A stretch of 64,000 nt of DNA from Phoronis australis (lineage: Eukaryota; Animalia; Phoronida), in the NCBI GenBank assembly GCA_002633005.1, contig NMRA01000103.1:84183-148182 (forward strand), given 5' to 3'. Numbering within the stretch: the stretch's first letter is position 1; every line of letters begins with the position of its first letter. Under the pieces are notes generated by a model, which was not told the DNA's origin, did no database searches, and saw only the letters and a program-made list of their open reading frames with translations. Made by a program: the position numbers and the translations under genes. Positions 1-12,089 of the stretch are shown here, piece after piece.

Positions 1-488
1 CGTAACAGGAAAACTATATTTTATCTGATTGATTTTTTCGGGCTGTATGTAACAGTAGTCAAATTTATCAATCCGAAATATGTTAGTGCAGGTTGACCTT
101 TACGTTAAGCAATGGCTAAGCCATTCTGCAATTAGAATTTTGGCGCCCCAGTTGTTATTACCAGTCATTTTCTAACAGAATTAGGCACCGTAACAGGAAA
201 ACTATATTTTATCTGATTGATTTTTTCGGGCTGTATGTAACAGTAGTCAAATTTATCAATCCGAAATATGTTAGTGCAGGTTGACCTTTACGTTAAGCAA
301 TGGCTAAGCCATTCTGCAATTAGAATTTTGGCGCCCCAGTTGTTATTACCAGTCATTTTCTAACAGAATTAGGCATCATAACAGGAAAACTATATTTTAT
401 CTGATTGATTTTTTCGGGCTGTATGTAACAGTAGTCAAATTTATCAATCCGAAATATGTTAGTGCAGGTTGACCTTTACGTTAAGCAA
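1..488. repeat. Tandem repeat, 188-bp unit, about 2.6 copies (MCPH1 intron)
   Basis: CGTAACAGGAAAACTATATT... restarts at 1, 189 and ~377; the copies are nearly identical. Confidence 0.95.
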
Positions 489-545
489 ACTGTTTGGGTG
501 TAGCTGTGTCAGAATACCCTTTCAACGTTTATCTTTGACCTGCAG

Positions 546-713
546 AAATTGAAGTCCATGCAGCCCAATGATTTTGACGATGAAGTGGCCAACAGTCTAG
601 ACAAGGGTGAGAAGAAGAGGCGACGAAATGCTCTTGTCGAGAAGTGGAAGACAACTGGAGGCAGTCCTTGTCTGAGTCGAGTGCTTGCTCTAGAGACGCA
701 ACCGATGAGTCCG
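546..713 (+). CDS. MCPH1: Microcephalin, internal coding exon just after the N-terminal BRCT
   Basis: tgcAG acceptor at 545 and GTGAGT donor at 714. Encodes KLKSMQPNDFDDEVANS..., resembling the MCPH1 KxMQPKDF segment. Phase 0-0, compatible with the next exon. Confidence 0.8.
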
Positions 714-744
714 GTGAGTGTAGGGTCATATGTTACACAGAGTT

Positions 745-1520
745 CTGACACTGTGTCAGTGTATGCTAATATGTTATAAATACTGACACTGTGTCAGTGT
801 AATATGCTAATGTTTTACAAATACTGACACTGTGTCAGTATATGCTAATGTTTTACAAATACTGACACTGTGTCAGTGTAATATGCTAATGTGTTATAAA
901 TACTGACACTGTGTCAGTGTAATATGCTAATATGTTACAAATACTGACACTGTGTCAGTGTAATATGCTAATATGTTACAAATACTGACACTGTGTCAGT
1001 GTAATATGCTAATATGTTACAAATACTGACACTGTGTCAGTGTAATATGCTAATATGTTACAAATACTGACACTGTGTCAGTATATGCTAATGTGTTATA
1101 AATACTGACACTGTGTCAGTATATGCTAATGTGTTATAAATACTGACACTGTGTCAGTATATGCTAATGTGTTACAAATACTGACACTGTGTCAGTGTAA
1201 TATGCTAATATGTTACATATACTGACACTGTGTCAGTATATGCTAATGTGTTATAAATACTGACACTGTGTCAGTATATGCTAATGTGTTACAAATACTG
1301 ACACTGTGTCAGTGTAATATGCTAATATGTTACATATATTGACACTGTGTCAGTATATGCTAATGTGTTATAAATACTGACACTGTGTCAGTATATGCTA
1401 ATATGTTACAAATACTGACACTGTGTCAGTGTAATATGCTAATATGTTACAAATACTGATGCTGTGTCAGTGGATGCTAATGTGTTACAAAGCACTAACT
1501 CTGTGCCAGTGTATGGTCAT
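745..1520. repeat. Minisatellite, 39-41 bp unit with a palindromic core
   Basis: About 19 units containing TACTGACAC-T-GTGTCAGT(A/G). Confidence 0.95.
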
Positions 1521-1544
1521 GCGTTACAATGTACTGACACTGAC

Positions 1545-1660
1545 CGAGGTGTTCACAGTGACACAGTGTAGACGTGTTAGAAGGTATTCACAGTGACACA
1601 GTGTAGACGTGTTAGAAGGTGTTCGCAGTGACACAGTGTAGGCATGTTAGAAACTGTTCA
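1545..1660. repeat. Short tandem repeat, ~33 bp unit
   Basis: AGGTGTTCACAGTGACACAGTGTAGACGTGTTAGA-like unit, about 3 copies. Confidence 0.85.
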
Positions 1661-2359
1661 CAGAAAGTGAAACATTTGTGTCTACAGTAGACTTGGGACA
1701 TTCAGCGGACAAAGATGATGGGGTCAGAGGCTGACCACAAAAGACTGTGCACGAACTGTGTGAAATAAGATGGAGTCTTGACTCAGTGATATTAGTTTGG
1801 GGTGCCACATGGAGAGTGGTCTACCCAGTGACGAAACTTATTAATTGTGTGCAAATGTTCGTTTTTGAATGTTGAAGCGTCATTAAATATTTTTTCTTTT
1901 AAACTTAATGTTTCTATTAACTTGTCCCATTTTAGTCACGTCATGACAGTGTTCTTTGCACGAATTTCATTGATTGGAATTGAGGGAGTGTGGTTGTCAG
2001 GACAACACATTACTAATCATTGCACAGTTCAATTTGGGTTGAGAAATTATTTGCATAAATTTCCAAGGCAAAAATTTATGGACATGTGTGACTTTCAAGT
2101 AAAATGTTGAGACTTGCATGAGCATATAACATTATACAAGGACTTCATATTATATGTGTTGTTACGCAATAACAATTTAAGTATTATCTGGTATGTGAAT
2201 GCTAAACCTGGATATAAAGCTTGTTCTGAGTTTGTTTAGCAAATGGGTGACTGCTCTTGGAATTTTGCACCCTTCACTGACAATCAAAGTGCTTCGTTGC
2301 CACAAAAGCACATCAGATACAAACTATGAATGAACATAGTCACTCTATTATGTTTTCAG

Positions 2360-2621
2360 CTGTGCGTCAGTCCACCCTTATCTCCAGGTCTAACCATTCC
2401 AGACACGCCCAACAGTATGAAGAGGGCATTGGAAAATTTACAAAAACGAAAACAACTGAGTGATGCCTCGCCGAGCTGCTCTGTTTCAGAGACACCTGGT
2501 TGTGACAAGAGGGAATCGCAGACTCATCCTCAACATTTGAGAATTCTCAGCGATTACAGAGATGGCCAGGAATCACCCACGTCCAGTCAAAGAGTTACAG
2601 ATTCCAACAAGAAACTGTTTG
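2360..2621 (+). CDS. MCPH1: Microcephalin internal coding exon
   Basis: ttttcAG acceptor and GTTAGT donor at 2622. Encodes LCVSPPLSPGLTIPDTP...; phase 0-1 joins the flanking exons in frame. Confidence 0.8.
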
Positions 2622-2639
2622 GTTAGTAATGCTTCTGGT

Positions 2640-3192
2640 TTCTATGCCCACATATTTACATGTGGATGCATATTGCCGTCATCTCTGTCTGGGCGTCCAG
2701 CATACGTCGTCCGGCATCTGCAGCTGTATCTCCTAAAAGCAGCATCTTAACGAGATTTGGCGAGTGTGTTTTTATGAAGCTGACGATGGATTACGGTGAC
2801 TTTCAACCTGATCCAACTACAGTTATGGCTACTTAAAGCTTTTGTACAGTTTTGACTACCGCTTTACCCCCCAGTACCGCTGTACCCCCCACTACCGCTG
2901 TACCCCCCACTACCGCTGTACCTCCCACTACCGCTGTACCCCCCACTACCGCTGTACCCCCCAGTGTCAATTTTAGTTTTTACGATTGGATCTGTATCTT
3001 CAGAGTACTATCATATGACAGCTTTTATTGAAATGCAGTAAACAAGTTTCTGTTATGATAGTGATAGCATCTACCCATTTTGGGAAGGATTTGATGTGTT
3101 CTGCGCCACATAGTGTCCATTTTAAACACCCCTAGAAGCACATTGTTTGCATTGTTGTCATGGGCGCATGTCAATGCTCTGCTTTGTTGTTG
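2640..3192 (+). mobile_element. Short copy of the modular Crypton-like non-autonomous repeat, with an internal 18-bp minisatellite (2856-2965)
   Basis: Shares the start (ATGCCCACATATTTA) and end (TGGGCGCATGTCAATGCTCTG) with the 12477-14435 copy. Confidence 0.6.
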
Positions 3193-3639
3193 TTCAGATT
3201 TTTTATCTCGTTGGATGATACTGCCAATAAATATCAACCTATAGTTTTAATTGGAAACCAACATAGAGTGGTATTTTAAGGAATGAATTGAGGTCATGTG
3301 GTAACATTTTCATTCTTAAAAGAAGTAGGAATTCTTTTTATCACCACAAGGCACGGGGTACTTTGTGCACATGTTCTGATAAGGCACAGGATAGTTTGTC
3401 TTCATGCCTGCAGCTAATCTCAGCTTGTCTGTTGATTTACCAATGGCAGCTACAGAGGTGCGCCTGTCAATTTGGTCAAATGACAGCACACAAAGTGGAC
3501 AGTTTTCATTAAACCTTGGTGCTGTGCTGACACTAGGTTTTATTTGTTTTCGAAGCATTTCATGGCTATATTGTTGTTCATTTGGTAGTTTTGAATTTCA
3601 AACATGCTCTTTGCTCTAACGATATCTTTTTTATTTTAG

Positions 3640-4744
3640 ATGACAGCAATAGTGAAAATTGTGCATTGAGTTACAATATGGAGAGAGAACCCAATGAGGC
3701 AAGAGGTGAGTCACCTCTCATCAAGCCAGCCAAGAAAAAGAGGCGCTTACTCAGCCCCAACAAACCAGTGACAATGATACCTGATCCCACTCTGTCATCA
3801 CATGGGTTGAATGCAGTGTGCACAGATGAGAAGTTTGAGAAAGGTACGGATGTAACCAATGACAACCGGAGTGAAGAAAGAAAGAAAACATTCACTTCTG
3901 GAACAATGTTGTCTGAGAAGTCCGTCAAATCTGGACCAGACGAAAGGAAGTCGGAAACGCCCTCTGCCATAGATATCAAGACAGCTTTGAAGAAAAGAAA
4001 AGGCTGTTTTCTAAAGATCCCTTCCGAAACTCTCAAAGGTAATACCAATACAGATGCCAGCTGCGTTGGACATTCTGGAGAATATTGGAATGACTCCACC
4101 GATGATTCTGTAGATTGTAGCGTGGACATGAGAACTAGTATCAAATCTGTAAAAACAAGATACAGTATGACATCGTCAGCAGTTGTGCACAGACATTCCA
4201 AAGATGCAGAAAAATCTAGTTCAATTATATTTGCTGATAAGGTCGTAAGGCGGAAATCTAGGCGATTAAGTTTGCTGCCTCTGCAGAAAGATCACAAGGA
4301 AAATATTTCAGGGAGTAGATGCTTGGAGTCACCAGCTCTTTTAGACAACAATTCTCCCAAGTCTGCCGTTTTGAAGAGGAGGAAATCTTGTCGCTTGAAT
4401 GCCTCGCAGCTAGGAGACATCCCAATGCATCTTGATAAATGTCTTGAAAAAGCTCCACTTGTCGCCCAGTTGACTACTTCTGCTTCCTTTGGGAGTTTAG
4501 CAGACAAACGCAAAAGCATTGACGAGTTTCGAAGCCTAAAGACCAGCTCAACTCGGTCATCAAAGTCTTCATTTGGTTCCATGTCATGTGACGGTGATCA
4601 GTCTGATACGGACACATCATGGTGTAAAAGTAGTGATGGGGAAATATCATGTGTGAAGGGGAAGACTCGCATCAATTCTTGTGGCGATGATAAGAAGTGC
4701 AGGAGATCCACTTCTACATTAGTCTTGACAAGCCTACATTTCAG
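3640..4744 (+). CDS. MCPH1: Microcephalin large central exon (Ser/Lys-rich disordered region, ending at the start of BRCT2)
   Basis: ttttAG acceptor at 3639 and GTTTGT donor at 4745; 1105 nt of open frame. Ends ...STLVLTSLHF(S), matching MCPH1 TLVMTSM. Confidence 0.9.
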
Positions 4745-5204
4745 GTTTGTAACTCTGGACAAACTGCCTTCACTCACAACATGAATGTTGTTATGGTGAT
4801 TCTTTTCTCACGGGTTGCATTTCAGTCTCATAACGCTATTTTGACTGCGAAGCGAACTTAGGGGCTTCAGGGAGTATACATTGGACGTGCTATTATCACT
4901 GAATCTGAATACTGAGGCCTTTCTGTGAGTGAGTAATAAAACATGGCAATTGGGTCTGATCAATTAGTGGAACTTTTAGGCAGACAATCAGCTGAGCTTC
5001 AGTACAGCTATCTCTCAGAAAACTTGGTCAATTTTTTGGGGAAAATGGTTTTATACTCAAATTTTTATAAAAAAATCAAATTTGGCTTTGCTTTCATCCA
5101 CGATAAGAGGGAAAATGAAAGCAAACGTCTTAATTTTCAGGCAAATTAAAGTACCATAAAGTTTAATAGAGTGGAATGACTTGTGGTTTTGTGACAGGCA
5201 GCCG

Positions 5205-5390
5205 ACTGTGGATGGTCCGTCACGGCAATATAATGTTATGTTCTCACTCTCACAATGGCCTGCCTGCCAACTCTGGGCAGTCCGTCATGGCTATATAATA
5301 ATGTTATGTTCTCACCCTTCACAGTTGCCTGCCTGCCAACTCTGGACAGTCCATCACGGCAATTGAATGTTATATTCTCACCCTCCACAG
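5205..5390. repeat. Degenerate tandem repeat, ~65-bp unit, about 3 copies
   Basis: AATGTTATGTTCTCAC...GCCTGCCTGCCAACTCTGG...CAGTCC recurs. Confidence 0.7.
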
Positions 5391-5888
5391 GTCTTACTAA
5401 AGCGTTTCTTTTCTCATGAACCCTAATGTATTCACCTGGGTTGGAATGGACTGCACTAAACTATGAAATGTATGCAGTGGATCTGTACCATGATGTTATT
5501 GACAAAAGCAGTGTTCAGTGTTTCACTGCAGTAATTGTTATCCAGGGTGAAACTTTTAAACTTGTATTGAGCAGAGATAAATAGAAATAAAGCGGTAAAA
5601 TACACTTTTGTGATCCATTCTGACCAATCGTAGAAATTCAAGAAATGTTATATGCCTTGTTTCAGGTCTAGATTTTATGCAAATGTCACAAAAATTCAAT
5701 AAAGCACTTGCTCCTTGATGCACGTCTGTTGCACCGCAAATGACATCAGACCACCTGCACTGTTTTTTTTTTGCTCCTTGATGTTTGCTTTTTTTACCGA
5801 GGGATACATAGACTTCATGTTGAGGTCCATTTGACAACATTGTACTGGGATTTAACAACTGATTGTAATACAGCTGTTTTTTTAATAG

Positions 5889-6051
5889 TGAACAAGATGT
5901 TGTCATGTCCATTGTAAAAAAGCTGGGTGGCTTCACCATGAGTGATACAGTGACAGATACAACGACCCACGTCGTATGCGGTAGTGCACGACGAACAGTG
6001 AACGTTCTGCATGCCGTCACTCATGGATGTTGGGTGGTGTCCTTGCAGTGG
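5889..6051 (+). CDS. MCPH1: Microcephalin BRCT2 exon
   Basis: Encodes SEQDVVMSIVKKLGGF...TTTHVVCGSARRTVNVLHAVTHGCWVVSLQW, a classic MCPH1 BRCT2 segment; AG/GTAAGT splice sites. Confidence 0.95.
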
Positions 6052-6368
6052 GTAAGTACCTGCTCTTCAATCAGTTACATTGTATCTGGTATGGCTCACT
6101 TAACATTAATGAATTCTTTTAACTAGTTAATTTTCAACAACAATTTCATGTTTAGATAAAAGCTGGATATGTTTGCTGTGAAGCTTGTAGTTGAGTTTAT
6201 ACACTTACTGTAATAAGAAATATGTGACTAGTGACTAGTTACATATGGACATGGTATATGAAGACTGGTGCATCACCCTTCTATCACAAAGACACAGACA
6301 CCACTGTCTTGTCGCACCAAAGTAGTTCTTAGAATGACCTACGGCAGTGAAAAGTCGAGTAACAAATG

Positions 6369-6730
6369 ACTGACATGGTTCAACCTGAGTAACAGTCCTC
6401 TGGATGATGGTGCTTTCCAAGACTGACATGGTTCAAGCTGAATAAGAGTCCTTTGGACGACTGTGCCTTCAAGACTAACATGGTTCAAGCTTAATAAGAG
6501 TCCTTTGGACAATTGTGCCTTCAAGACTAACATGGTTCAACCTGAGTAAGAGTCCTGTGGACGATTGTGCCTTCAAGACTAACATGGTTCAAGCTTAATA
6601 AGAGTCCTTTGGACGATTGTGCCTTCAAGACTAACATGGTTCAAGCTTAATAAGAGTCCTTTGGACGATTGTGCCTTCAAGACTACATGGTTCAAGCTGA
6701 ATAAGAGTCCTGTGGACGTAGTGCCTTAAG
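6369..6730. repeat. Tandem repeat, ~51-bp unit, about 7 copies
   Basis: GACTAACATGGTTCAAGCTTAATAAGAGTCCTTTGGACGATTGTGCCTTCAA. Confidence 0.95.
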
Positions 6731-6944
6731 GACATGTTGGAAGACTTGTGACAATGGCACACATCAAATAATTGTGGCTATGAATACAGATAAAAGGGCA
6801 CATCATATATTTGCATGGTGTTGCCAGCCTGTTTTGCTCTACTTTTAAGGCCAAGCTAATTGAGCCTGAAACTCCTTTCTCTAACTACTGCTGCAAACAC
6901 CTCAGTAAAATCTTACCTAGTTAGAACATAATTAACTGCAAGAA

Positions 6945-7875
6945 TTGCCTGGCGTCCGCAGCTGTATCAGCTGAATCACTTGCAGGATCTTAATGAGATT
7001 TGGCGGGTGTGTTCCTATGAAGCTGACATCAGATGGCGAAGACTTTTGGACGGATCCAATTCCGCTGTGCCCCCTTGTGGCAACTTTTGTTTTTTTACAG
7101 CTTGCTCTATATCTTCGTAATTCTTGGATGGATTTTCATGAAATTTTGCAAATTGATTTCTATTATGAAGGCGAAGACAACTTTACACTTTTCAACGTCT
7201 TTGACAATTCTGTGCCACCTAGTGGCCATTTTTTAAATTTTGAAGTCTGCCACAGCGCTTGAAGGATCGTTATGAAAATTGGCAGGTGTGTTTCTGATGA
7301 GGAGACCACAGTTGACATTGTTTTTTTGGTGTGTTTGACTACTCTGGCATCTCCTGGGGGGGGGGGTTGTTTCATTTTGCTTCTACGGCAGTATTTCCTT
7401 AATCCTTTGCAGGAACTTTGTGAAATTTGGCAGGTGCGTTTTGTATGGAGTTGACAACAGATGATGGCAATTTCTTCGAAGTTCATTGACGAATTTTCAT
7501 TAAACTGCAAACAGGTTTCTATTAAGGTGGCGACGATGCCTTTCATGGCTGTATCTCCTTTACTCGTTTGAAGGATCTTTGTGAAATTTTTGCATATGAC
7601 TACGGTTACCGATCACTCTTGGACAGCTCTAACTACCACTTTACCCCTAGTGGCAATTTTAGTTTTTACATTTGAATCTGTTCTTTGACATTTTTTATTG
7701 AAACGTGATAAACAAGTTTGTGTTACAATGGCAGTAGCATCTATCCATTTTGGAATTAATTTGACGTATTCTGCGCCACCTAGTGTCATTTTTGACACTA
7801 ATTAACTCCGACCCTACAAGCACATTGTTTGCGTTGCTGTCATGGGCCCATTTCAACACTCTGCATTGCTCTTCT
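6945..7875 (+). mobile_element. Copy of the modular Crypton-like repeat
   Basis: GTGCCACCTAGTGGCC and TTTCATGAAATTT modules; end TGGGCCCATTTCAACACTCTGCATTGCTCTT. Confidence 0.65.
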
Positions 7876-7972
7876 TCATTTTTTAATTTTTTCTAATATT
7901 GTTATGAATGTTTACATGTTTTCAAAATATTGTGCAATAGTTGCTGTTGTACACAAGTTGACAACAGTGAAG

Positions 7973-8775
7973 CACTACTATCTTGGTATTTATGGAAAAT
8001 AACATGTCCGCCATATTGGTCAGATCCGAGTCCTAGCGTACGGTAAAGTCGCGTGATTTTCGGACGGCCTGCCATTTTCGACCAAGAATAAATATTTCCA
8101 AAATGAGTTTTTCATAGTCCACGAAATTCGTACAAGGTCCAAAAACTGTTTTTTAACGATCTTCGAACTTCGGACAATGTCATAAACGTCGGATTTTTGC
8201 CCCTCGACTTTTGGACAAGGAAAATTTTAGAAACGCTAATTTGGGATCGACGCAACTCCCGTGTCACTAAAGCGTTCAACGGATGATTACTACTCTATAA
8301 GGCTTGAATCTGAGAATTGGTGTAACGGGCTTTGTAATTTTTACCTTGTCTTGTCGATGTCATGACCGTTACTCGATTGTCTTGCGTTTAGCTTGTGTTT
8401 GGCGCTTTAGCTATGGAAAGAGTCACCGAGTCCCGCATGACGAAAATTTCTGATGAAAATACAAATGGGAAATACACCGAAGGCTGCAGTTTTTCGTTGT
8501 AGCGTAACATGTGCTCTGGTTTAATTAGACCGTGTTGTTCGACTTCGGACTGTGACATTGAACTTGCACGCCTGACATCAACTTGCGTGTTTACGAAACG
8601 TTTTTATTTTTAAAACGTCCTGGCCTTTGCAAATGCCCTTGTTAGTGGCTAAAATCTCCGGCGACGTGTCCCGATTTTATTCTTGACGTGATGAGAAATA
8701 TTTTTTGTTTAGGCCCCCATTCACAATAGGCCACAGCTAAGTCTGTCCGTAGGATATCGCGCGTTCAAAGTAGTG
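7973..8775. mobile_element. Possible CACTA-like non-autonomous element
   Basis: Short terminal inverted match CACTACT...AGTAGTG around a CpG-rich island; flanks AAG/TAG are an imperfect TSD. Confidence 0.3.
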
Positions 8776-9031
8776 TAGATAGTGAACAGCAGCAGCTGAA
8801 TGAGACGGAGCCAAAGTAAAGCTGGTTAAAAATCAAACATAGTGCAAGGCCCAGCACTCAGAAAGGGGCGCGGCGCACACGCAATTGTTACAGAGACATT
8901 GCATCCTTTTGCTATGTTGTGTAAGTGCCTGTACTATAACACATATCAAAAACTAAGTTACGTACATCCACATCCGTACTTATTCAGGAACACAGTGTAT
9001 GTTAATTAGACACATTGACTTGCCGCTGTAG

Positions 9032-9109
9032 GTCCTGGAATCCCTGGAACATGGCAAGTGGCTGCCTGAAGAACCATTTGAGTTGAGCCAGGACTTTCCT
9101 GCTGCTAAG
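9032..9109 (+). CDS. MCPH1: Microcephalin exon (end of BRCT2 and linker)
   Basis: 78-nt exon VLESLEHGKWLPEEPFELSQDFPAAK, not in the ORF track; tgtAG and GTGTGT sites. Matches human [26 protein letters not shown]. Confidence 0.95.
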
Positions 9110-9476
9110 GTGTGTTGTTTTTGAAGCAGTGAACTTTAAATTTATAGGACACCAGTTTTTCAAAGAAATGAATGTCTAAACAAACTGCTTTTCTTGCATT
9201 TCCTTCTCATTTTTTGTGATGACTGTGTTGACAAAACTTGTAAACTGTGGTTGACTATCATCTTTTAAAGCTATTGCTACAGATGAACAAATATGTATAT
9301 TTATTACACCATGAATTGAGCTTTATAAAGTTTTTGGGCTTGTACTGTGGCTCCATTGGAATCTAATGATTGCTTCTGTCAGCAGTTTCTCTGCACGTAA
9401 TTTTGATTATTTTAGTCTTGTCTGTAATGTGTACCTTGACAACAACACTCCATGTGGCTAACTATTCCTCTCACAG

Positions 9477-9705
9477 ATTTGTAGACAACTGAGGAGCACT
9501 TCAGGGGGTCATGTGCTTGACCTCTTTTCTGACATGGGGCCCATGTATGTTAGCGAGACTAGTGCACCCCCCAGAGATGCCCTAGTAGCCCTGATCACCA
9601 AGTGCGGTGGCACTGTGACACGATGTCTACGCAAGTGTGCCCTCTGTATTGGTGATGTCATCAGGAGAGAGAACAAGGATGCTGTGAAGGAATTGTGGGT
9701 CTTAG
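9477..9705 (+). CDS. MCPH1: Microcephalin BRCT3 exon
   Basis: ICRQLRST...LFSDMGPMYVSETSAPPRDALVALITKCGGTV...KELWVL; cacAG and GTAAGC sites. Confidence 0.95.
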
Positions 9706-9912
9706 GTAAGCCATGGTTTCATGTAAGAGTGTTGCAGTGAAATTAATTACGGTAAAAATATCCAGTTTTTCCCAAGCCTAAAATCACTTTTAATCTGATT
9801 GATGCAAGATAGGACATCAGTTCTTTATGATGCATGGTCTGACTGAAAAGATATTTTGTGCCAGAAGGAAGATTTATAGCTGCTTTACCTTTGACCTGGC
9901 GAGCTCCTGTTG

Positions 9913-10197
9913 ATTCAACATACACATGACCTCAGAACGCGTTATCTCTCTCTTCAACATGCACTTGGTATCAGAACACAATATCTCTCTCTTCAACATG
10001 CACTTGGTATCAGAACGTGGTATCTCTCTCTTCAACATGCACTTGGTCTCAAAACACAGTATCTCTCTCTTCAACATACACTTGGTATCAGAACATGGTA
10101 TCTCTGAGTATCGCTCTCTTCAACATACAATTGGTATCAGAACACAGCATCTCTCTCTTCAACATACTCTTGGTATCAGAACATGGCATCTCTCTCG
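9913..10197. repeat. Tandem repeat, 39-bp unit
   Basis: TCTCTCTCTTCAACATGCACTTGGTATCAGAACA..., about 7 copies; accounts for the overlapping spurious ORFs. Confidence 0.95.
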
Positions 10198-10261
10198 TCG
10201 GCAATGATAACTTGACTCATCTTGTTGTTCGTCAATGACTTAACAACAATTTCTGTTGTAG

Positions 10262-10353
10262 ACTCGATCATGTCTTCGCAAAAGTTGTCCGTTAATGATT
10301 ATGTTATCAACCCTTCAAGAAGTTCAGATGGAGAAAGAAGCCCGTCTCTTTGA
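10262..10353 (+). CDS. MCPH1: Microcephalin terminal coding exon
   Basis: tgtAG acceptor at 10261, phase 1. Encodes DSIMSSQKLSVNDYVINPSRSSDGERSPSL*, matching human DSITQHKVCAPENY. The seven exons total 2097 nt, in frame. Confidence 0.85.
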
Positions 10354-10805
10354 TGCTCTCCATGCTTCCAACAATGGAAATCAAAAGAAGCAAAAGCTGT
10401 GTATATCAGCTGGTAGAATGCAGACATTGACTTTGTGCATCCTGGCTGTGAATATCATCTGGGATAATACAGACATTGACTTCGTGCATCCTGGCTGTGA
10501 TTTGGAAATGCAAACTACAAGGTTGATAAAAGTTTTATAGGATAAGTTGTAGTCAAAACTTTTAAAATTTTGTCATGTTGTTTGAATTGTGAATCAAGTG
10601 CACTGTTACTTTCATTGAGATAAGAAACTTTTGGATTAGATGTGAAGATCCCTTCTGAATTGTTTTTGAGGAAAGTTACATTAATCCCTTCTAAGTTAGT
10701 AACTTATAAGTAAGTTGTAAAGTAAATGGTAAATTGTAGATGTATTTTTGTGACAAGATTTGTTACCAGCTAAGCATAGCAATATAGTTGCACCGTGACA
10801 GTTAA

Positions 10806-12089
10806 AGGCGAAGGCAACCTTTTTTCATGCCTTTTTAGCAAAAATAGGGTTCGTTGATTATCCCAGACATATTTTTCACTTATTTACAGCTTTTCGTAAT
10901 TTAATTAATTACTCGTCGTCTACTCCGGAAGTGACGTTTTGGGAGGCAAGAATTTCGCGCCAATTTCTTTTCATACAGTCTGACTGTGAGAGCAGTCGAG
11001 TCAGTCATTGTTCTACCTCGGTTGTGATAAGTTCGGCTGTCGTTTGCTTTTGTTTACCAGTCAGTCAACATGCCAAGCTGTTGCTGCCTTCCGAGATGTA
11101 CTCATTATCGTCTCACGTACAGAGGAAGAACTGTCCCACTTGCCCGAGTGTGCCGCGACACACTCCCAGTAGATGGTGACTTGAGCACCCAAACTGCTTA
11201 CATCCTGCCGTGCGACTCCCTCGTCACACACGTGGCACCTTCTAAATAGGTCCAATACAAGTCCGCAACAAACTTATCAAACTTAGGCTCACCGATCTGT
11301 TCATTGGATGACGAACTGTCCTTTTCACTGGGTGTCAAACTGGGCCTGTATTCACTCCCACTACTCAACATCGCTGCAGGACTGCTTACAGGCTCTGGGT
11401 TAGAGACAACAGCACACGGGGAATCACTGCTAGTTCCTGGAATTGCACGCTATGGGTTACGTTCGAAGGCATGGGTGACAGTAGATGAAGTGCCACCAGT
11501 CACTGTATTTAGTGGCCACAGCTCGCGAGGTTTCTCGCTTCAAAAACGCACTTCTCGAGGGTGGCGACGGGGCACTGCGGGGAATCAACAGCGACGGTAT
11601 GGAACCCTTCTTCAGGCGTTGTTTCGCAGGGACCTTCATCAATTCAACGTACATATCTCTGTCGTAATCTGACGGCTGAAAATGCTTGCCACTGCTTTGT
11701 ACGTTGCATGAACTGGTAGCGCTGCGTTCTTCACACGAACGAGCTAGCCAAGTATGGCGAAGTGTGTCATCCTTTGGAAAGCGATGCAAGGTACCCAAAG
11801 CGCGTGTGAGACGATAATGAGTAAATCCTGGTATGCAGCAACAGCGTGGCATGTTGACTGACTTGTAAACAAAAGCAAACGACGACCGAATTTATCACAT
11901 CCGAGGTAGAACAATGACTGACTTGACAGCTTTCACAGTCTGACTGTATGAAAAAAAATTGGGGCGAAATTCTTGCCTCCCAAAACGTCACTTCTGGAGT
12001 AGAGGACGAGAAATTAATTAAATATGTCTGGGATAATCAACAGACCTTATTTTTGCTAAAAGTGGCATGAAAAAAGGTTGCCTTCGCCT
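10806..12089 (-). mobile_element. Kolobok-type non-autonomous DNA transposon (family A) with very long TIRs and a THAP/transposase N-terminal remnant
   Basis: TTAA TSD (10802-5 and 12090-3); termini AGGCGAAGGCAACC/GGTTGCCTTCGCCT; inverted homology of about 300 bp. THAP-like ORF at 11852-11457 (CCIPG..HRFPKD..W..HF..GSIPS), followed by EPKF..LDLFRRCHVC..G..C..H..W.S. Confidence 0.85.

Noticed and set aside
745-1520. CRISPR-like array of palindromic repeats
   Set aside because: The spacers are near-identical rather than unique, there are no cas genes, and it lies in a eukaryotic intron.
3671-4582. Antisense ORFs of 176 and 96 aa
   Set aside because: They are shadows of the MCPH1 large exon with no independent motifs.
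9874-10238. Repetitive ORFs on both strands
   Set aside because: They arise from the 39-bp intronic tandem repeat.
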